The notes beneath the pieces are model-generated. The model was not told the origin of the DNA. It saw only the letters and a list, made by a program, of their open reading frames with translations, and searched no databases. From the NCBI RefSeq assembly GCF_004010195.1, contig NC_057719.1:39484252-39548251 (forward strand): a stretch of 64,000 bases of DNA, written 5' to 3'. The stretch's first letter is position 1, and each line of letters begins with the position of its first letter. Below are positions 26,141-37,968 of this stretch, piece by piece. This DNA is from Chiloscyllium plagiosum (Eukaryota). The position numbers were made by a program, and so were the translations under genes.

Positions 26141-27354
26141 CCACTAACAGTGCCCGTTCATAGCTATTCATCCAGCCTGATTGTTATCCACTCCTTTGTC
26201 CAACTGTTCTTCTCTCTCTTTGGGCTCTATCCCCACCTATCATTTACTCTTTACCCCCCCCCACCCTATTTTCTGCATTAGAAGGCAACATTTTCTTACT
26301 ACCATCAGTTCTGAGGAAGGATCATTTGACCCAGAACATTAACTCTGATTTATCTCCACAGATGCTGCCCGACAACCTGAGCTTTTCCAACAATTTGTTT
26401 TTGTTTCTGATATCCAGCATCCACAGTTCTTTCATTTTTAATATTGTTGTCTGTCTTGTCATATTCCTTCAGAATCTTATGTTTCGATTAGATCACTTAT
26501 TTCTATGAACTTCAATTATGGACCTGTTCACTCAACTCCTCATCATTGTGCAACCTTTTGTAACACGAGCCAATCTGGTGATCTTGCTGTTGCCGTAACC
26601 TATTCTGGAATTTTTCATCTATTTGAGAAGTCTGTTTGAAGAGTGGACAATCTATTCCCTTTCCAGCACCTACCCAGTGATCTCGGGATTTATCATGTGT
26701 CAGTGTTGCATATTCTTCACATGTCTGGGAACTAACTTTCACAGTGACATAAAGGATATTTTGGAAATAACATCATTTGTGATATTTTCTAAAGTAAATG
26801 CATCAAATTTCCAATGATCAAGAATATTTTTCAAATTATGAAAGCAGATTCTCATTTTGCTTTTAAAATCTACCTAATCCCACTGGCAATCTCACTGCTT
26901 GCAGAATATTGTTTAAAAAAAACTTTCAAGGTTAGATCAATTGGAATTGCAACATAGATACAGATGATACTGAATCTTGGGAAATGTGCCATTAGCCAAG
27001 CTGTAAATTGGTTATTAACACTATAATAAATCCCAGTCTAAACTAACTGTAAAACAAAAGTATAATAATGTAAAAGTCAGAAAATTCGTTTAATCATTTT
27101 TACACTCTACGTTAAGCAGACATTACTTGAATTATACCTTGCACATTTAGTATCCATTTGTGAATCTACTATATATCTCTGGAATAATGCCATTGACCCA
27201 AGTAGGGATTGATATCCAGTTTGAAGTGCAGTCAGTACTTAATTGAGCACAAACTGACTCCAGGAGTCATGCTCTACACTAAGCGCCACTTTTTAAAATA
27301 AGTCGTCACTTACTCCAAATTGAAGTATTACCATACACACAATATATAACTGAC

Positions 27355-27965
27355 ACTCCTTCAGCCTACTCTCGATCATCGGTAAATTGATAAACGTTGT
27401 CATCAAAGGTGCTATTAACCAGCACTTGCTCAGGAATACGCAGCTCATAGATGCCCATTTTGGGTTCTACCACAGTCACTCAACTTCTGACCTCATTACA
27501 ATCTTAATTTAAATGTGAACAAAAGAGCTGAATTTCAGAGGTGAAGTAAGAGTGACATCATAACCGCATTTGACCAGGAGTGACATCATGCTTTGTGTCA
27601 GTTGGAGCTATACCTGGCGCATACGATGGTTGGGATTATTGAAAGTCAATCATCTCAGCTTGAGGACATCTCTGCAGAAATTCCTTGCAGTGATGCCCTA
27701 GGCCCTACCACCTTCAGTTGCTTCATCGATGACCTTCCCTTCATTCTAAGGTTTGCCAATGATTGCATAATGTTCAGCACCATTCACAACTCTTCATAAA
27801 TGAAAGCAGTCCATGTCCAAATGAAGCTTGACCTGAACATTATTTAGGCTTGGACTAAGAAGTGGCAAGTAACATTCATGCCACAAAAATGATAGGCATT
27901 GCCCATCACATGTCCATTGGCATTTGGTGGCATTACCATTAGTAGATGACACACTGCCAATACTC
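27355..27965 (+). mobile_element. Family B LINE RT fragment
   Basis: LGPTTFSCFIDDLP...FANDC (ORF 27593..27799). Confidence 0.8.
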
Positions 27966-28439
27966 TGTTTTGGGGGGGTGGTAGTGGTGGGGGTGAGAGT
28001 GCAGAGAGTGACAGTTTCTGAAGCCTGGCTGTGTTTTAAAATTACATTGAAAAATTATTTTAATTCACTAATGCTAGAATAAAGCAAGCAAGTAAGGAAA
28101 TTTGTAATTAAGATATTAAGAATGCTTTGTTTAATGACAACATCTGTAAGCCATTTGGATAACTATACAAGCGTAATTAAATGCAGAGTTGCTTCAATAA
28201 AACAGAGAATCCATTTTCACACTGGAACTATTCCAAACAAAAAAAAACCACGGACCAATGTTCCACTTTTTTGTGACTGTCTTCTCGTTAAAAAAAATAT
28301 TTTTAAGAAGTGGGCATTTTAAAAATAAATTCACTCCCATTGTATGCCCTATCACCCTGACAATTTAAATCTTATAGAGCTTTTGAGAACTCAGCAGGTG
28401 TGCCACTTATCAGAGTGTCCAGCTTACCTCACCCAATGA

Positions 28440-29050
28440 TAATGTCATTGCATGTCAAGGTACATATAAAGGACAATGGGAAGATTCTTTTGTTGGTGGG
28501 CATTGACTGACACTTCTGTGATGCAAATGTTGCCACTTGCTGACCCAAGCCTGGATATTGTTCAGGCCTTGCTACATTTGGACACTGACATCTTTGGTAT
28601 TTGAGGAGTCATGAATGGTATGAGTGAATATCCTAACATCACACTTATCTCCCCTCCGGTATTAGATTTTTTTGTCCATGTTTGAGTTAAGGCTGTAATA
28701 AGGTCAAGACTGTGTGGCCCTGGTAGAATCCAAACTGTGTGTCAGAAAGCAAATTATTGTTACGCTAGATAGCATTGATGATCCCTTCCATTACTTTGCT
28801 GATGATCAAGAATACACCAATGGGGCAGTAATTGGCTGGGTTGAATTTGTCCTACTTACTGTGTATGGGACATAACTGGGTAATTTTTCACACTATTGGG
28901 TAGATGTCAGTGTTGTGGCTGGACATGAACAGCGTGGCGAGGGACTCAAGTTCCTGAATACTATTGCTAGAATGCTGTCAGCTCTTGTAATATCCTGTGC
29001 TTTCAGCTACTTATTTATATCACTCAAAGTGAATTGAGGTGACTGAAGCG
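28440..29050 (-). mobile_element. Family B LINE fragment
   Basis: Homologous to 39000-39850. Confidence 0.7.
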
Positions 29051-30009
29051 TGTAATATTTTATGTGATCAAGTTTGGAAATAGCATTCCCTATACTGGTT
29101 AGAAGATCTGGGCTAATGCTTTCTGTCCCATGATGGTTGAATTTCCTGGACATTTATTTTGATCATTAAAATTGATTTTAAAGCTAACCTGGAGGGGTGG
29201 TTAATTCACTACAATCATTTAATCACCTTGTTTTACCACTCATTTGTAAAAGTTTATTCCTTCTTTAGTCTACCTTCCCTTATGCCTGTACCCACTTCAC
29301 CTTTCTACCTCATCCTGTTTCTTTTTCTCTCTTTCTCCAGATGGTTTACATTTTTGCTTCATTATTAATTGTCAGGACAGACTGTTGTGCAGTCTGAATT
29401 AATTTTGAATGTACAGAGATATAATAGAATTTTGCAGCCTGGAGTTAGGCTTTGTTTGCTGTGTCCGTGCCTGTTCTTGAAACTGCATTCCACATAGTTT
29501 CTTGAACTGTAAGCTTTTAAGTATTTTTGTTTTGTTTTAGCTGTTTAACCACTTAGCTTTTAAAAGCAATTATGGATTTTGCTTCCAGTGATTTCTCTGC
29601 TAGAACATTCCAGGCCACAGTAGCCCTTTGTGAAAGAAAGCAAACGTTAACACTTTCTTTTTATTAAGGTGATGATTTTAAATCTATACTGACTTGTTAT
29701 TGATTCATAGACCAAAGGAAATATAATCCATTACTTAACATTGTAAAATATTTTGACTGACATCTTTCTTAATATGTGCTGTCCACAATCAGCCAAATTA
29801 CAAGTTAATTTTAGAAGACTATGGAGTTGAGTTTTATGTTTGAGTATATTCAGGAGCTAAAAGCTATACAGTATGTTTATCATCTTTATGCGAGTACACA
29901 AAAGAGCATTGACATTGCTGTTTATTCAAGCATTTGGGAATTTTGCCACTGCAAAGTTAGAGTAGCTAGATTTCTATTTAGAGCACATTATTTTCTACTT
30001 ACTGAATTC

Positions 30010-30510
30010 GAGGAGGAGACAGTGGTAATTTTACCAGACTAATAACTCATTCCTGACAAGGGCTTTTGTCCAAAATGTTTATTTTCAGATGCTGCCTGAC
30101 CTGCTGTGCTTTTCCAGCACCACTCTAATCTAGACTCTGATTTCCAGCACCTGCAGTACCCACTTCTGCCTAATAATGCAGTATCCCATTTTGGAGCCAT
30201 GTGTTTAAACCATGACAGCTGCTGATAGAATTCGATTTAATTTAAAATTTTAGAATTTAAATCTAGTCTTAATGGGGACCATGAAGCTACCAGGGTATTC
30301 TCTCTTGTCATAAAAACATGTCTGGTTCACTAATGCCATAAAAGGAGGGAAATCCTTACCTGGTCTGGCCTTGATGTGACTTCAGGCCCACAGTAATGTG
30401 ATTGACTCTTAACTGCCTCTGAATTGCTCTCACTGATTCTAGGTGCATTCAGGAATAGGTAACAATGCCTATTCACTTCCCTGTGATGCCCTTATCCATG
30501 AAAGAATTAA
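30010..30510 (+). mobile_element. tRNA-derived SINE split by a Penelope terminal-repeat insertion (30046-30169)
   Basis: Homolog of 40250-40596 on the opposite strand; insert flanked by ctaataa at 30039-30045 and 30170-30176. Confidence 0.7.
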
Positions 30511-30544
30511 ATTCAAATAAATTTAATCTTTAAAAAAATGAAGC

Positions 30545-30965
30545 AGGCTTTCCCAGTACTTGAACTAGCGCATACACAGTGAGCAAGACCAAGTGCTAGG
30601 TTTAAATCATAGCATATGCAGATTTAGCAGTTCTTACCTGGACACTGGTATTTAACTACAGTTATCCTCTTGGTCCTTAAGTAAAGTTTGAGTTTGTTTT
30701 ATTTATTATTGTCACATGTACCGAGATACAGTGAAAAATGTTGTTTTTGCGTGCTATATAAGGTGAAAGTCAACTGTTGTTGCTACTTTTTATTGTAATG
30801 CAGGGCTTCTATTGAGTATTATCTTGGGTTTGCCTGTGATGATTCCTACAATCGTAACAAAATTTGCTGTCTACACCCACAAATGAGAAATACCCATTTA
30901 GGTGAGGTACTAAAAGGCAATCACTCTAGCAAGGAGCCAATTCTTTCAGAAGATAGAGACAGTAA
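30545..30965 (+). mobile_element. LF-SINE-like relic interrupted by a short LINE tail (~30687-30760)
   Basis: Resembles the recalled LF-SINE consensus: gcctgtgatg...gctgtctacacccacaaatgagaaatacccatttaggtgaggtact...agcaaggagcca...ttcagaaga. Confidence 0.5.
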
Positions 30966-31167
30966 AAATGCAGGAAAAGGGAAGTTACATTATTTTTAAT
31001 ATACAAAATGTACTGTATTGCATTTTTTAAAACATACATAGCTCAATCATACATTAGCTGGAATTGAGCTCTCTGTTAACATAATTGAACTATCTTTCAT
31101 ATATGTGTTGAATTAGATATTTATCTGTCCTCATCAATATGTCAAATCTTTCATTTTTGTTTTCCAG

Positions 31168-31233
31168 TGAAATTATTTGAAGTTATTGAAACAGAGAAGA
31201 CTCTCTATTTAGTGATGGAATATGCAAGTGGAG
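31168..31233 (+). CDS. MARK3: MARK kinase coding exon (66 bp), (V)[21 protein letters not shown](G)
   Basis: Acceptor tttttgttttccag, donor gtaagt; hinge MEYASGG; phase 1-1. Confidence 0.95.
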
Positions 31234-32737
31234 GTAAGTGGAATTCATCTGAAAGTAATATTGATAATTTTTTTGGTTTAATGAGGATCTGATATTTTTC
31301 TGGATCTCATAAGGAAGAATATTTGGTTTTGTACAGTATTTTATTATGCCACACCTTTTCAGTGGATACTGTACTGAATTGGAATGTATTACTTATTTTG
31401 TCAGCAACCTGGCACAACATCCTAAACTGTGATGGGATGAATAAGTTTTCTGTTTTCTGTTGATCTGTTTTCGGATGGTGAATGTTGGAAACGTTCAGCA
31501 GGTGACATCATCTATAGAGAGCGAAGCAGTTAATAGTTTAGGTCTGAGGCCTTTCATATGAACTGAGAAAAGATAAAAATGATTGGTCAAGTGTAAGTTA
31601 GACTGGAAAGAAGAACCAAGAGTAATGGTCCCAGCAGATGCTATTCCTGGACAAGTCAGATCTCTGGACTGAAATCTGGCTTGATGGATCGTGTTATGTT
31701 ATTTTTTGGTTTTAACGAGTCTTTGACTGAAGCATAACATGCAATGCCACAGATTTAGTGTATTACACAAAAGAAATGAAGAATAACATAGAAGAAGCAA
31801 ACTATTTACATGTAACACAAGTTTAAAAATTTCAAAATGAATAGTAAAGTACACTCTCAATGATCTGAACAGTACTGCTTCCCAGTACTATATCCTTTCT
31901 CTGTCATATCTAAAGGGTTTAATTTAACAGAACAGATGCTTCAAATCTTGGTCCTGAGAATCTGAGTCTCTTCCTTAAGTCTTTATGCAACAGATCTCAG
32001 ACTTTCTCCATTTCAAATAACCTTTCAAGATTTTAATGGAACACTTTTGGTCTGGAACTTTCAAACTTAACTACTTACCTTAAGAAAAACAATTTTTTAA
32101 ATAGTTTCAAGCCATCTCTTTTTATTAGACACAACTGTTTTACACATTCCCCTCAGACAAGACCTTTGCAAATCTGCAACAAAAGGGTAGACTGGATGTT
32201 CCTCCAGAACCAAAAGAAATTCTATTGCACAACTGTTTGTGATTTCTGCTAATAAAATTCACCCAATGCTAACAAAACCTCATTATTTTCCAGAATTCTG
32301 TCTGTTGTACTGTGTTTTGAAAGAAATCACATTGGCCATTGCCATAGCTGCAAGTTAGCCATTCAAGACCAAACCTACATACCATTTGTGAAAAGACACT
32401 AAATAAAATGGGGGCAGAGGTTTTGATCTAAAGTTGTTGAACTCCAGAAGGTTGTGAAATGCCCAATCAAACATCAAGTGGTTCCAAGAGGATGCATTGA
32501 GCCTCATTGAAACATGATAACAGTCCAAAGGTAGACAGGTCAGATTAGTTATGCGGCAAGGAATTAAAACAGCAGGCAACAAGGTTTGGGGACAGGATCG
32601 AGGTGGTCTACAAAATGGTCAACAGTCACCATTTAGTCTCACCAGTGTAGGGCAGATCACTTCATGACTAGTGAACAGGCTATATGAAATTGTGAGAAGT
32701 GAAAGTAATCAACGGTTGAAGCAAATTGTTTTCTTCA

Positions 32738-34144
32738 TAAAATAACTCCACAAGCTGATATCCTGTCACTGAGTAACCTTTTGTAATTGATACTTGGAGC
32801 GTCCTGGACACTGATCTGACTCACTCAGAGCCAACTCTCCGAATGAACAGGATGTCTGACACTCCTGTTCTTTTTTTTTTACCCCCACACTACCACCTAA
32901 CTGCGGTAGTGCTTATTTTTTTTCCCCAGCACCCATGGTGTGTGTGTGCAGGTGTAAGACACAAAGTGCACGAATCTTTATTCAAATTCCACCACCAAGA
33001 AGATAGGAAAACACCCAGGTGGCCAGTGACAAACACTGCCCTCGACACTCCGGTCCTTTTTTTTTCTCTTTTTTTTCTTTTTTTTTCTTTTTTTTTCTTT
33101 TTTTTATATAATTTAACCCCCACACTACCACCTAAGTGCAGTAGTGCTTATTTTTTCCCCAGCACCCATGGTGTGTGTGTGCAGGTGTGAGACACAGTGA
33201 AAGACACAAAATGCACCAATCTTTATTCAAATTCCACCACCAGGAAGATAGGAAAACACCCGGGTGGCCAGTGACAAACACTGCCCTCGACACTCCTGTT
33301 CTTATCTGTCAGCCAGGACTCCCTGATTGGACCATATTAACAGCCCAATCAGGGAACTCATTCTATGAGGTCCACCTGGCTGACCTTGTTACAATCACTT
33401 CAACCCTCCACCTCTGGGTCCGATGACCTTGACTGGTTTTATTTAGCTCCTCCTGGGTATTTTAGCATCAGGTCAGGTTCCTCCAACTCTGCCTCTGATA
33501 CAGGCAGTGTGTAATGCACAGTACCTTGCCTCTTGCACCCAGAGTGTCTCAGAGGAAATTCATTCTCTTCTTCAGGCTGTAAAAGCATTGAGGTGATGAC
33601 ATCCACCCTGTCCATCTCAGTTTCTGAGGTATCTTCAACACTTGACGGAGAGGGAGAGCCCTTTGGTTGTGGAACAGTCAGAAAGACAGTCAAGGAGTTA
33701 GCAATGTTTTGTATCTGTACTGTTCATTAATTTGCAACTTTTATATGGTTCATGTGCTTGTTGAGGACCATCGCACCTCACAGAATTATGTACGTCACTG
33801 GACCTGACTTCACATTGACCATTCCTCTTATCCATGCTGGGCCATTACCATGGTTCATACACCAAACATCATCCTCTGAAATAAACTATCTCTCTCGCTT
33901 AGTGGAGTGTTGTGTCAGGCTTTGGCGGTCTTAATGCCACCACAAAGTCACCCTTTATTTACATGTGGAGAGTGCTTGATACTGATCCAGCTCCCTCAGA
34001 GCTAGCTCTGAGTGAACAGGATTTCAGACACTCCTGTTCTTATCTGTCATCCAGGGCTCCCTGATTGGTGCTGTTAATCTGGTCTAATTAGGGGACTCTT
34101 ACTCTACACAGCTCACCTGGCTGACCTCTGTTACAGTCACTACA
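32738..34144 (-). mobile_element. Internally deleted Gypsy-type LTR retrotransposon
   Basis: Two LTR copies (32738-33402 and 33940-34144, minus strand starting TG); purine tract at 33403-33414; integrase C-terminal remnant NGPAWIRGMVNVKSGPVTY...KHMNHIK. Confidence 0.8.
32873..33288 (-). mobile_element. Tandem pair of poly(A)-tailed LINE (L1/Tx1-like) 3' ends inside the LTR
   Basis: Two homologous units, each with poly-T on the + strand and tttatt (AATAAA on the minus strand); 15-bp target present three times. Confidence 0.88.
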
Positions 34145-34400
34145 CTTATTACTACAATTTTTATTTTTTATTTTATGTTTAATGTTATGCCAAACTTTTT
34201 TTTAATGAAATTTGCCTATTGGCCTTGTGAGAAAAAAAAAATTGAAATATGGCTCCTCGTGAAAAGTTTGGACAACTCTAAATTATATACTCCGGCTCTG
34301 GTATATGCTTGGATCGACAACCTTCTGTTCAAATGTGTAATAAATTAAGTCAAAAAGGCAACTGAGCCAACGAGGTAGTGAAAATGCTGTTATCTTAATA

Positions 34401-35129
34401 TCACGCTACAGGTGACCCCATTGCACTATACACACACAGGGACAGACGGACATGCACACTCTCTACAGAGAGAGACACTCATGCAGACTCTCTCTCATAC
34501 ACTCTCTCAAACACTCCCGCACACACCCTCTCATAGACTTATACCCCTTTACGCTCACACTCATACACACATGCATACACTCTCTCAGACACTCATACCC
34601 CCCCCACACACACACACATGCACACGGTGAATTCGTACTTGCAGAATTACATTTCACTTTGCTCAAAAACTACACAAATCCATGTGAGATTCTGTAAATC
34701 CATTTTTTAGATTAGAATCAGTCTAACCATTGTGGCACAGACAGCCTCACACAGGGAGCTAACACCTTCAATACATTATCTGGGCCGACATGACACCAAT
34801 TGTTAATGTTCACTTGAGAATGTAAGTTTTTTTTTAAAACAAAAGTTATGTTATTTACATATGAAAGAGCAGAAACCAACACAGTCATTCTAAAAGACGA
34901 GAGACTTAACAAACAATCCAGGTCTTTTTCAATATATAATTTCAGTTACATCACACTGAAAACTTTTGCTATAAATTCTGTCTTACAATCCTATTCTCCA
35001 CAACCACCTGATGAAGGAGCAGCACTCCGAAAGCTAGTGCTTCCAAACAAACCTGTTGGACTATAACCTGGTGTTGAGTGGTTTTTTAACTTTATACACC
35101 CTGGTCCAACAGCGGTGTCTCCAAATCAT
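34401..35129 (+). mobile_element. Penelope-like element 3' end/terminal repeat
   Basis: Starts at ORF terminus SRYR*; CA-rich tract; hammerhead; inverted homolog at 6403-7078. Confidence 0.88.
35005..35039 (+). ncRNA. Minimal type I hammerhead ribozyme
   Basis: cac-CTGATGA-a-ggag-cagca-ctcc-GAAA-gc-TA-gtg: stem I cac/gtg, stem II ggag/ctcc, AGCT palindrome. Confidence 0.78.
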
Positions 35130-36029
35130 AGCTTGTATTAAATTAGTGACTAATCTGGGAGTGAATGAATTTTGCTCGGTCTCTTTCAAGATTGCTAAAG
35201 GAAAATCTTTACCCGGAATTTGCTGGTTGTTATATTCTAATCCATTATAAATGTTTGACTATTCAAGGACTATAGATTTGTTGGTTTTCATGGATTAAAC
35301 AGGTGACCAGCATTCATTAGCTATTAAAGAACATTTGGACAAGAAATTGGAAAAGGTACAGGTATCTTAGCAACTGTAACTGCCTTCAAAACACCATATT
35401 AATGAAAGAACTAATGTCCCCTCCCCTTTCGAGAAGAACATCTAGATTCCTGTTGAAACCATTTTTAGTATTTGTTTCAGGGGCTTTACCTGATAATTTA
35501 TTCGAAAAATCTGTACTTTTTTTGCCTCCAGAGTTGACACACTTTCCTTTCCTCTTGCTGCCCCAGCCTTTGATTTTGCATCTTCCTGGTATTTGCCACA
35601 TCAGTCTTCAATTTAATTACTCCAAAATTTATTTTGCTAGAGAACTCATGGCAAATTTTCTCAATCTTTTCTTAGAACTTGGATCTAAATTATGTTGGTT
35701 AGTCATATGAATATACTGTCAAGGCTATCAATACTTTAATGCTTAGGTGAAAAAAATTGTTCACTAGTTTTGGAAACATGCTGATCTAGGCTTTCTAAAG
35801 CCTTTTCTGATGTCAGAATCATACCTGTTTTGATATAGCCAAGTGCTGAGTTGATGGTTTCATAGATTGCTGTAGTGACCTGAAAGTTTTTTTTATTGTC
35901 TTTGCTTGTTGAGGTCATTGTATGATTGTTCCAACAAACATCCAATAATGGCATTAGGAGTCCTTCAAGATTTTATATATTTGTTATAATTGGCAGTTTT
36001 GGTTTCCCACTAAAGCTTTTATCCACACA

Positions 36030-36740
36030 ACTAGTTACATATTGCCAACCAAGAAAAGACCCATTTATCCTGACTTTCTACTTTGTTGGTTTAGCCAATT
36101 CTCCATCCAAGCTGATAAATTACCCCTAACCCCATGAAATCTTACATTGTGCATTAACCTTTTGTACAACTCCTTTATCAAATACCTTCTGGAAGTCTCC
36201 ATGTACTACATTTACAGAATTCTCGTTATCCACCTTGCTTGTTAAATCTTTGAAGAACTCTAGCAACTTAGTCAAACATAAGACCCTTCATAAAGCCATG
36301 CTGACTCTGGTGGATTATGGTTTGACTTTGCAAATTTCCTGTTATTTCCCTAATAATGCATTCTAACAATTTCCCGATGACAAATTATACTTTATTTATA
36401 ACCACCTGTCTAGTCTATAGTTTCCTACTTTCTGCTTCCTTCCCTCTTTGAATAAGTGTGTTATATTAGCATTTTGCTAATCCACTGGAACCATTCCCAC
36501 ATCCAGGGAATTTTTGAATATTATAGCCAATGAATACGCTATCTCTGCTCCCCCTTCCTTTTAAGATCCTAGGATGTAGGCCATCAGGCCCAGGGGACCT
36601 GTCTACCTTCAATCCCAATAATTGGTTCAGTACTTTTCCCTTACTGGTGATAGTTGTTCTAAGTTCCTCTCTTTTTATAATCTCTTCATTACCTGTCACT
36701 ATTGGGATGGTGTTAGTATTCTTCACTGTGGAAACTGAAA
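36030..36740 (-). mobile_element. CR1 LINE RT-region fragment
   Basis: LKVDRSPGPDGLHPRILK (ORF 36466..36726). Confidence 0.85.
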
Positions 36741-37827
36741 CAAATACCTCTCCCTATTTTCCTTTTGAAACTGATGGTAGTGCAATGTTGGCTTGAGCCA
36801 CTTTAGTCCATGTGATGACAAACAGTAAATTGAACCCAATCAGGATGGTATTTCTCGAAGTGGAACTTTGAAGATAGTGTTCCCATGCACCTGCTGCCCT
36901 TGACCTTCCAGTTGTTAAATTATGAATATGCAGCTCAGTAAATAATCTGTTCCTGACATTTGAGTAACAGTATTTTACCAGTAACAAGTGATTTCAATCA
37001 AATGGTGCTGAGCTTAAATTTAACAAATACAGCTCAATCTGCACACAATTCTCCTGTTATGTATTAAATATACACAATGGACTGAATTTTATGCCCTCCC
37101 CTATCATGGGTTTGGTGCAGGGCATTTAATCAGACAAGAATGTTGCTAGTAGGCAGCTGTACACTTTCCTGCTTCCACCTAATGGTGGAAGCCTGCCTGT
37201 CCTGCTGCCAACTGAGGCTCTTCAGTGACAGTTGGAGAGTCCAATCTAGCCACTACTGTTGTTAATCTAGCAAATAATTCACTGAACTGAATAAGCAAAC
37301 CCTGCTGGAGTTTGTGAGAGCTCCAAAGCAAGTTGTCCTCCTTTGCAGAGATGCTCATTGTCAAGGTATCCTGCACTGGAGGAGGAGCTATGGACTCATC
37401 TTTGCGCTTACCACTGATCCATGTTTCTGTAAGTCCCCTGCCATCACTTGATCTTTAACCAGGAATCCAAGGCTTCAGGAAGGTGCTATGACAGCAACAA
37501 TCATCACCACCTCCGTCATGCTGCCATTCAACAATCCTACAATAAGGCTGATTGGCTGGCATTTCTTAGTAAGTCAGTAAGTGAGGCTTGGATCACGGGG
37601 CGAGGCTGGCTGTCAAGTGCCTGAATGGAGCAAGATTCCACAGGCTTTACCTAAAAGGGATGATGCGGAGCTCCAATCACCTCCCCAGCAGGCAGCTGAG
37701 AACCCTTGTACCACTGCAAGATTATGGCCACTTCATCAGAGTTGTCAGACCAATTTTTAAAAACCATGCTGCAATATCTATCACTGTGCAACACTCTAAT
37801 TTTATTCTCAAAATAACTAATCACTAA

Positions 37828-37968
<141 letters not shown>

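Larger units (their letters stand above)
24600..26440 (+). mobile_element. Neptune-type Penelope-like element relic (RT fragment plus terminal repeat) with two nested insertions
   Basis: VAMGT, RYIDD and HYKPTNSHRYLDYTCSHPASCKDSIPFSQFL; end of ORF 'LNIKFNNFRA'; terminal repeat 26305-26440 with degenerate hammerhead ctgagga...cccagaacattaac. Confidence 0.88.

Noticed and set aside
32858..33303. Three near-identical 15-bp repeats resembling a CRISPR array
   Set aside because: The 'spacers' are copies of each other with poly(A) tails, the context is eukaryotic, and the repeats are target-site duplications.
37079..37790. Possible Harbinger MITE (ggactgaatttt terminus; similar ends near 46434 and 60353)
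   Set aside because: I could not pair the TIRs or find TSDs by eye.
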